Virus record (IMG/VR): IMGVR_UViG_3300033067_001398
Location: 1 to 33,822 of that record
Reading direction: 5' to 3' (one strand)
Origin: a virus
Lineage: Duplodnaviria > Caudoviricetes
Length of the DNA: 33,822 bases
Notes under the pieces: generated by a model
Database searches by the model: none
What the model was told of the DNA's origin: nothing
Seen by the model: only the letters and a program-made list of their open reading frames with translations
In this document: positions 1 to 6,024 of the stretch, one piece after another
Numbering within the stretch: the first letter of the stretch is position 1
How the letters are laid out: every line of letters begins with the position of its first letter
Program-made: the position numbers and the translations under genes

Positions 1-20
1 CGTTAAGCCGTTGCCGCAAC

Positions 21-51
21 GAACGCCCCGCGCGGTAACGCCCGGGGCGCT
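21..51 (+). repeat. Intergenic GC hairpin element, copy 1 (GAACGCCCCGCGCG-GTAA-CGCCCGGGGCGCT)
   Basis: CGCCCCG (24-30) pairs with CGGGGCG (43-49), with an inner GCG/CGC stem and GTAA loop; related elements at 2611 and 2916. Confidence 0.75.
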
Positions 52-117
52 GTTGTGTCAACCGCTGTCGTTATCGGTTGCCGTTTGTTTGTAGCGTTTT
101 TTTGAAAGGTCTAGAAA

Positions 118-1683
118 ATGAGCGTCACCTATTCCCCCGAAGATAATAAAATTCGGCTTTACGTTGGCCGCGTTCCACGCGACGAATACGAAAAACTACG
201 CGCCGCTGGCTTTGTATCGACACCAAAGCAGGATTGTGATTTTGTGGCCGTTTGGACGCCCAGCCGCGAGGACATCGCCCGCGAGTATCTTGACGACGGC
301 GACGATATCGGCGACGAAGATTACAGCCCATTGGAACGCGCCGCCGATAGGGCGGAACGTTTCGCCGGTTATCTTGACAACCGGGCCGGGGAAGCCGGGG
401 AGCTGGCTGACGAATACGACAACGGCGGCCACGCGTTCGGACATCAGCGCGAGCAAGTCGCGGCCCGCCGGGCTGCGCGGCATGATCGCAAACGCACCGC
501 CGCGATTTCGCAATGGTCAAAAGCCGAATATTGGCAACAACGCACCGCGGGCGTTATTCGAAACGCTTTATATAAAGCCGACGCGCGCGTAAGGCGTTCG
601 CGCATTTTGACGCTGGAAGCCGAGCAACGCAAACATGAGAAAAGCCGCGCCGATTATGAAAAAACGTGGAACGGTTGGAAACTCGTTGCCACGTTGCCGG
701 GGGCCGATGTCGTTTTGCCAGAGGATTCCGAGCAATGGCAAGCCGCGCACAAATTAGCTTATACGCTGTCCTGCCATCACGGTTTCGGCTGGTATCTTGA
801 CCACCCGAACGCGCCCGAAGCAAACGCCGCTTGTAATCAATTGCACGGCCACGGTATGAGCCCTTATGATCTATTGACCAAAGGCGAATATATCCGCGTT
901 CCGATGCCGCGACTAACGCCGGGAGAGCTGTCCGAAGCGATAACGGCAAAATTCCGTTTGCCCGATGACCCTGATTGTTATTCGGCCCGGTGGTCACGCC
1001 ATTATGAGTTGCGATTGTCTTATGAACGCCAAATGCTCGACAATGAGGGCGGAACGGCGGCGGCGGTCGAAATTGAGCCGGGCGGCTTTGTAAAGTTTGG
1101 ACGTGATGCCCGTCACTATCGGCTTATCAATATCGACGGTTGGGCGCAGGTTGTCAAAGTCAATAAAAGCCCGGCAACCAAGCGCGTTACCAGCGTTACC
1201 GTTCTGGGCTCATGCCCCTATAGTTACGCCAGCGCCGAAGATCAAAACAAAATTCGTGAAATTAAGTTATCTGTTGAGCGGTTGCCGTCGGAAGCGTACC
1301 GCGCACCAACGGACAGCGAGCGGGAAGCGTTTACAAGCTCCCAAAGCGTCAAGAAAGCGGCGAAGCCTAAAGCCCCGCCGCTGATTAATCCGACGCCCGA
1401 GCATGCGCAACGGTTGCAGGATTATCTAAACGCTTTGAGCAAGCGAAACCCAACTGAAATTTCAACAGTGACACAAGCGCTTTTCAGCCGAATGAACGGC
1501 GGGAGCGGGAGCGGCGCAATTACAACAACCACGATCGACGGCGTTAGCTTTAAATATCGCGTTTTCTATCGCTTTGTGGGCGCTAACTCGGTTGTGATTA
1601 TCACCGACAAGCCCCAAAAACCGTTTCCTATCGACTGGGATACCGTGACACCGCCAGCCACCAAAGCGGCGGCCGCGTCTTAA
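118..1683 (+). CDS. DUF3560-family protein (typical of plasmid/ICE leading regions and phage early regions)
   Basis: N-terminal TYSPEDNKIRLY; RAERF...GHQ(R)E...AARRA...WSKAEYW..R pattern; RBS GAAAGG upstream. Confidence 0.75.
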   Translation: MSVTYSPEDNKIRLYVGRVPRDEYEKLRAAGFVSTPKQDCDFVAVWTPSREDIAREYLDDGDDIGDEDYSPLERAADRAERFAGYLDNRAGEAGELADEYDNGGHAFGHQREQVAARRAARHDRKRTAAISQWSKAEYWQQRTAGVIRNALYKADARVRRSRILTLEAEQRKHEKSRADYEKTWNGWKLVATLPGADVVLPEDSEQWQAAHKLAYTLSCHHGFGWYLDHPNAPEANAACNQLHGHGMSPYDLLTKGEYIRVPMPRLTPGELSEAITAKFRLPDDPDCYSARWSRHYELRLSYERQMLDNEGGTAAAVEIEPGGFVKFGRDARHYRLINIDGWAQVVKVNKSPATKRVTSVTVLGSCPYSYASAEDQNKIREIKLSVERLPSEAYRAPTDSEREAFTSSQSVKKAAKPKAPPLINPTPEHAQRLQDYLNALSKRNPTEISTVTQALFSRMNGGSGSGAITTTTIDGVSFKYRVFYRFVGANSVVIITDKPQKPFPIDWDTVTPPATKAAAAS

Positions 1684-1693
1684 TTCAGAGGGA

Positions 1694-1733
1694 AGCCCCG
1701 CGAGGGGCTCTAATGAACGGCCAAGCGTGGCCG
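1694..1733 (+). promoter_or_regulatory. Two intergenic hairpins (AGCCCC-GCGA-GGGGCT; CGGCCA-AGCG-TGGCCG)
   Basis: Perfect 6-bp stems with tetraloops directly after the DUF3560 stop; no U-tract. Confidence 0.5.
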
Positions 1734-1762
1734 CTGTCCCAAGTCAGCAATGAGGCAAAACA

Positions 1763-1972
1763 ATGGAAACGATTAAAATTTTGTGGGGCGTTAAGATCGG
1801 CGATGAAGCTTGGCAAGAGCAAATTTTGACAACGAACGCGGGCCAGATTGAAGCCGCAAAAAAATGGGCGGCAAAAAATGGGTTCCACTTGTTCCGCGTT
1901 TCAACTGACGACGGGACCCCGCCAGATTTTGCCGGAACTATCGCAAAACGCCAGAAACGGGGGAAGCGATGA
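1763..1972 (+). CDS. Small hypothetical phage early protein
   Basis: 69 aa ORF, RBS GAGG, ATGA overlap with next gene. Confidence 0.75.
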   Translation: METIKILWGVKIGDEAWQEQILTTNAGQIEAAKKWAAKNGFHLFRVSTDDGTPPDFAGTIAKRQKRGKR

Positions 1973-2601
1973 ATAGTAGAAACAACGGGCTTTTAAGATT
2001 GAAACATTTGCGAGAAACCAGCGAAGCGAAACGGGCGGATATGGCGGAGCTGTCCGCTCGGTTTGATCGATTGAAAGGGCAGCAAACGCGGGCCGTTAGT
2101 TCGTTTAATCTATTCCAAACGCCGCCAGAACTGGCCGCCCGCGTTGCCGGGTTGATACCTATTCGCGGGCGTATCCTCGAGCCGTCGGCCGGGCTTGGGC
2201 GATTGTACAAAGCCGCTCGGGCGGTCAATGATATTGACCCGATAACGTTGGTGGAACTGTCCCCAGATTGCGCGGGGGAACTTTACCGCGAAACGGCGGC
2301 GGACAGTTACGCCCAGATAATCCAAGCCGATTTTTTAGATTGTGACGCGGTGCGGCTGGGCGGTTTGTTTGATTCTGTTTTGATGAATCCGCCATTTTGC
2401 CGGGGAACTGACGTTAAACACGTTAAACACGCTATCGAATTACTGGCCCCGGGCGGCTGGCTGGTGTCTATTGTTGCCAGAGGGCCGCGACAATGCCGCG
2501 ACCTCGAGCCGATGGCGGCTGATTGGATCCAATTACCGCCGCGATCATTTGCGAGCGAACAAACAAACGTAGAAACGGCAATTTTCGTTTATCATAATTG
2601 A
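1969..2601 (+). CDS. Orphan SAM-dependent amino (N6-adenine/N4-cytosine) DNA methyltransferase-like protein
   Basis: FQTP, motif I ILEPSAGLG, motif IV MNPPF in gamma order; 210 aa, little room for a TRD; no nuclease nearby. Confidence 0.85.
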   Translation: MNSRNNGLLRLKHLRETSEAKRADMAELSARFDRLKGQQTRAVSSFNLFQTPPELAARVAGLIPIRGRILEPSAGLGRLYKAARAVNDIDPITLVELSPDCAGELYRETAADSYAQIIQADFLDCDAVRLGGLFDSVLMNPPFCRGTDVKHVKHAIELLAPGGWLVSIVARGPRQCRDLEPMAADWIQLPPRSFASEQTNVETAIFVYHN

Positions 2602-2636
2602 ACGAACGCGCGCCCCGTCGCGGCGGGGCGTTGTTG
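2601..2636 (+). repeat. Intergenic GC hairpin element, copy 2
   Basis: AACGAACG..CGCCCCG-TCGCGG-CGGGGCG-TTGTTG; followed by a TAGCGTTTTTTGAAAGG...GAAAATG leader like that at 92-120. Confidence 0.7.
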
Positions 2637-2670
2637 GTTCATTTATTAGCGTTTTTTGAAAGGGTTGAAA

Positions 2671-2904
2671 ATGGCAAAAAAAATGCGGGGCGTTGTCACT
2701 TGGTTTGAATGTAAAAAAACGGGGCTTGGGTTCCTGTCCGTTAAATGGGAAAACGGGCGGGCCGATGAATACCGATACGACGGGCCGCCAATTAGCGATC
2801 GATCGAACGCGGACGATATAACCGGATTCATTGGAAACGAGCTAGGAATTGAATTCAGCTCGGAACATGATCGCGAGCATGTTTTTATCGAGTCAGTCGA
2901 TTAA
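2671..2904 (+). CDS. Small hypothetical phage early protein (MAKKMRG..., 77 aa)
   Basis: Start moved to ATG 2671 because it follows the same GAAAGG..GAAAATG leader as the gene at 118. Confidence 0.7.
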   Translation: MAKKMRGVVTWFECKKTGLGFLSVKWENGRADEYRYDGPPISDRSNADDITGFIGNELGIEFSSEHDREHVFIESVD

Positions 2905-2910
2905 CTTGGC

Positions 2911-2953
2911 CCGATGAACGCCCCGCGCGCAAGTTCGCCCGGGGCGCTATCGG
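2911..2953 (+). repeat. Intergenic GC hairpin element, copy 3
   Basis: Shares GAACGCCCCGCGCG and CGCCCGGGGCGCT with copy 1; different loop; outer CCGAT/ATCGG pair. Confidence 0.75.
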
Positions 2954-2967
2954 TTCAAATTTTTTAG

Positions 2968-3193
2968 GTTTCCTAGTTGCGGCGGGGTTGTCGCAAACGC
3001 GCGGGAGTAGCTAATCGCGCGGACAGCCCCGCCCATTTTAGGAAACAAACGCAACTAGGAAACGCGGTCGCTCCGGTGCCCCGTTTCCTATTTTTTTGCG
3101 CTGTCCGCATTAATTCAAAACAACGCTAGCGCAACTAGGAAACGCGCCGCGGCCGTCAAGTATTTGACGCGACCGCCCGCGCGCCTAGTTGCG
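2968..3193. repeat. Nested direct/inverted repeat region (CGCAACTAGGAAAC family) forming long stem-loops
   Basis: CGCAACTAGGAAACGCG at 3050 and 3130; inverted copies at 2968 (GTTTCCTAGTTGCG), 3082 (CGTTTCCTA) and 3184 (CCTAGTTGCG); partial copy at 3039. Confidence 0.85.
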
Positions 3194-3607
3194 TTTTTTG
3201 TTGCGCGGTCCAGCTCCCGCGCGTGGCGTTTGTTTCAATTCGTTTGCGAGCTGGGCGAATAGTCAATATTTTGGCGGGCTGTCCGGCGATAAAAAAAATA
3301 TTCTGAAATATTTTCAAAAATTGTTTGCGTTAAAATGCGCCCCGTTGTTGATTTGGTGCGTGGCGGCTTGGTGCTGTCGTTTGCGTTCGATGTCCGCAAC
3401 GGCAAAACGACAATCCCACCATTAATGCGATTATCGATCAAAATATTCCGACGATCTTTGGGCGGACTCGGGCGAAGCTCAGGCCGATGATGTGTACAAA
3501 TGGAGGAAAGTTTGCCTCGCTTAAAATGCAAATCGACAAAAATTTCCGAAAAATTTTGAGTCGACTTTCGAAAACGAAAATGCGAAACGATTTTGAAAAT
3601 CTAAGTA

Positions 3608-3635
3608 TTGACGGAAGGATTTTTTACCCGATAAT
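3608..3635 (+). promoter_or_regulatory. Sigma70-like promoter TTGACG-N16-GATAAT
   Basis: Each box is a 5/6 match to consensus; AT-rich upstream region. Confidence 0.6.
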
Positions 3636-3641
3636 CTACTA

Positions 3642-3773
3642 CGTAATCAAACCGGTTTAACCCTCTGGTTAGATTAGACCTTTCCTTGGGGCTTGCTTTG
3701 GTCCCAAGAAAAAACGCTAAGCCCTGGAATTGCGGAGTAACGAACCGCGCTAATTCCAGGGTTTCTTTTTTTT
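3642..3773 (+). ncRNA. Candidate ~130 nt small RNA with three hairpins
   Basis: Lies between the promoter and an intrinsic terminator; no ORF; hairpins at 3644-3676, 3685-3708 and 3719-3764. Confidence 0.5.
3719..3773 (+). terminator. Rho-independent terminator
   Basis: CCCTGGAATT/AATTCCAGGG stem plus GCGG/CCGC, followed by TTTCTTTTTTTT. Confidence 0.75.
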
Positions 3774-3806
3774 AAAGTTGAATTTTGAAAACTGCGTTTC
3801 CAATTT

Positions 3807-3840
3807 CCCGCAAACACCCGCACGACAATCCCGCACGACA
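3807..3840. repeat. Short tandem repeat CCCGCA(A/CG)ACA x3
   Basis: CCCGCAAACA at 3807, CCCGCACGACA at 3817 and 3830, just past the last late gene. Confidence 0.6.
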
Positions 3841-3843
3841 TTT

Positions 3844-4038
3844 CTACTTTTGAAACTTTTCTTGGTAGTCATCGCAGGTAACTCTGCAAATGAGTTCTTT
3901 TTGCGAGCCCTTGTAAACGGTTGGTGTGCAATTGCAATCGTGCTTTAGGCATTTGAATACAAGGACAGTGCAACCCTTGCGTGAGCAAATCTGGGCGATC
4001 GCATCTTTAACGTGGTGGCCTTGGTGTATGCAGGGCAT
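3844..4038 (-). CDS. Small Cys-rich protein, last gene of the late operon
   Basis: 64 aa with 9 Cys; starts 3 bp after the upstream stop. Confidence 0.7.
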   Translation of the reverse strand: MPCIHQGHHVKDAIAQICSRKGCTVLVFKCLKHDCNCTPTVYKGSQKELICRVTCDDYQEKFQK

Positions 4039-4041
4039 AGA

Positions 4042-6024
4042 TTAAACCGAACAAGGGTGGGTCGTACAATTCGTTCCGTCACCCGCATACGTTCCACCCT
4101 GCGATAGGCAATCCAATTCGGTCTTGATTGAGCAAACGCCACCGATGCAACAAGCGCCAGTGGCGGTTGCGGGTTCTTCCAGCTCGAATGATCCTGGGTC
4201 CGTTTCTGGCTCCGGTTCAAACTCACCAGTATCAGGATCGTTAACCTGTTCGATTTCATCGCCAGTAACAATCACGGGACCGCCAGGAGTGTTGCCAGTT
4301 TCGCTACTATCGGCAATTCTTCCGCCGAACGCTAAGTAGCCGTCAACAGCAATTGTCGCGTTATAAACGCGAAATGAATAGCCTTCAATTGCGTCTATTT
4401 CAATCCAAACATATTGCGGTAGATACGCGAGTTCGCTCCCGTCCGGTTCGAAATAATCTTCTGTGTCGATCGACACGCCTGGGGTAGGCGCAAGCGTTCC
4501 AAAAATTCCATTTGTTCCAACTGCGCAAAGCGTTTCCACTTCAACCCAGTAAAGCCCCAGCGGGTTATCGCCGGGAACACACACGATGACGCCCGGCAAT
4601 TCGGAAAGCGTTACTGCATCGCCGTTTCCACCAGTTGCTTTGATGCGAATAGTACACCAAAGCGAACTGCCCTTGGTAAATTTCTTTAGAGTTGAAACGC
4701 TGGCAATATCGCTTTGGGTATAACCTGGAAGCAAGTTCGGTTGGAGTTGAATTTTAAACCTGCAATGATAGACACCGACGTGCGCAAGTTTCAAAAAATA
4801 AGCATCTGCAAAACTACCGCCAAGAATGTTTTTTGCAGATCCACCGACGTTTGTGCTTCGCCACGTCGAATCTTTTTTAACAATGTACGCTGGAAAATCT
4901 ACTTGCCAGTGTGCGTACTGCGATCCGGCAAAACTCATTGCTGTTTTGTAAACGGTATTCCACGGCGCAGGGAATCCGGCATATTGACCGCTTGTTCCGC
5001 TTGCGGTGCCGAACAATGTACCGCTTCCGCTGCTTGGTATCAGTGACCAAGATCCAGCAAAACCAAAATCTGGAATCCCAAGCTGACTGCCAGAATAATT
5101 TCCAGGCCATACATTACTGAATGTCGCTCGTTGGATTAAGCCTCCACCGGTTCTGTGAATGAAATACGGTGCGTCTTGCTCGATATCTGAAACCGGGATA
5201 TCAACGAAATAACTACTGGTTGTTGTGGCAATTACGATATCGCTTGAGTTGTACCCGAGGAATGTAAACTTGAATCGGTAATCAGTTCCATTTAGCCAGC
5301 CGTCAACCCTCATATCAGAACGGACTGCCGACGAGTGGGAACCAACGTAATAGTTCGCCCATCGAAATGTTTGTTGCGCAGGGCTTCCGGAAGTCGCAGC
5401 GTCTAACTCATCGGTTGAGAACAGCCGAACTTGTCCAATGGTTGAAATGTAGACAAACTTCGGGTTGCTGGATCCGCCCGCAGCGACTTTAAGCCAACCG
5501 CCAGGCCGATAAACTTGATTCCCTGTTGCCTTCGCGATCGAGCCTGGCGTGTAGTTTGCCCAGAACTTGTCGCCGTCCGATATCGTATCGGTGATGCCGT
5601 AGCTTTCGATTGTGATTGCTGCTGTTGGCGTGAGCGGGTTGCCGCGATGCAAGATCTCGGCCGTTCCTCCTGACCCGCTTGTGATGTTTCCATCGGCTTG
5701 CACTTCCCTGAGTAGCCCATGCGAACCGACTGGCGCAAAGCATCCGAACGGAACATCCCAGCGAACTCGAGCCATTTCATCAACGAGCAAACAATTGCAA
5801 TCGTTGATATCAGAAATGTCGATAATTACATTGCCTTGCGTGTCCAACTGTATTGGATTTCCAGCGGAAAAAGGCATCGGGGCGAACTCGCCAATCGGAC
5901 GAACGAATTTGCCTTTGCCTTTTTTGCCTGGCAACACGGTTTCGGTGATGATTACTTGATAGTGCGAGTCGCTTTCTTGAACCCCACTATACCGAGAACC
6001 GTTGTTGATTCCGCAACTACGCAT
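4042..6024 (-). CDS. Tail tip/spike or receptor-binding protein with C-terminal GACC Cys-repeat
   Basis: Position after hub; Gly/Ser/Thr-rich beta character; acidic linker then TGACC-x4-C...C...GG.Y.GDGT.C...PC. Confidence 0.6.
   Translation of the reverse strand: MRSCGINNGSRYSGVQESDSHYQVIITETVLPGKKGKGKFVRPIGEFAPMPFSAGNPIQLDTQGNVIIDISDINDCNCLLVDEMARVRWDVPFGCFAPVGSHGLLREVQADGNITSGSGGTAEILHRGNPLTPTAAITIESYGITDTISDGDKFWANYTPGSIAKATGNQVYRPGGWLKVAAGGSSNPKFVYISTIGQVRLFSTDELDAATSGSPAQQTFRWANYYVGSHSSAVRSDMRVDGWLNGTDYRFKFTFLGYNSSDIVIATTTSSYFVDIPVSDIEQDAPYFIHRTGGGLIQRATFSNVWPGNYSGSQLGIPDFGFAGSWSLIPSSGSGTLFGTASGTSGQYAGFPAPWNTVYKTAMSFAGSQYAHWQVDFPAYIVKKDSTWRSTNVGGSAKNILGGSFADAYFLKLAHVGVYHCRFKIQLQPNLLPGYTQSDIASVSTLKKFTKGSSLWCTIRIKATGGNGDAVTLSELPGVIVCVPGDNPLGLYWVEVETLCAVGTNGIFGTLAPTPGVSIDTEDYFEPDGSELAYLPQYVWIEIDAIEGYSFRVYNATIAVDGYLAFGGRIADSSETGNTPGGPVIVTGDEIEQVNDPDTGEFEPEPETDPGSFELEEPATATGACCIGGVCSIKTELDCLSQGGTYAGDGTNCTTHPCSV

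Noticed and set aside
1969-2601. Complete restriction-modification system
   Set aside because: No endonuclease or specificity subunit adjacent
2968-3193. Possible mini-CRISPR array
   Set aside because: Repeats are only 9-17 bp, in mixed orientation with irregular spacing; no cas genes
3189-3531. ORFs 3189-3425 (+) and 3235-3531 (-)
   Set aside because: No RBS, low-complexity AT tracts and atypical composition; region treated as non-coding
4042-6024. Diversity-generating retroelement target
   Set aside because: No reverse transcriptase and no adenine-mismatched TR/VR pair seen in the window
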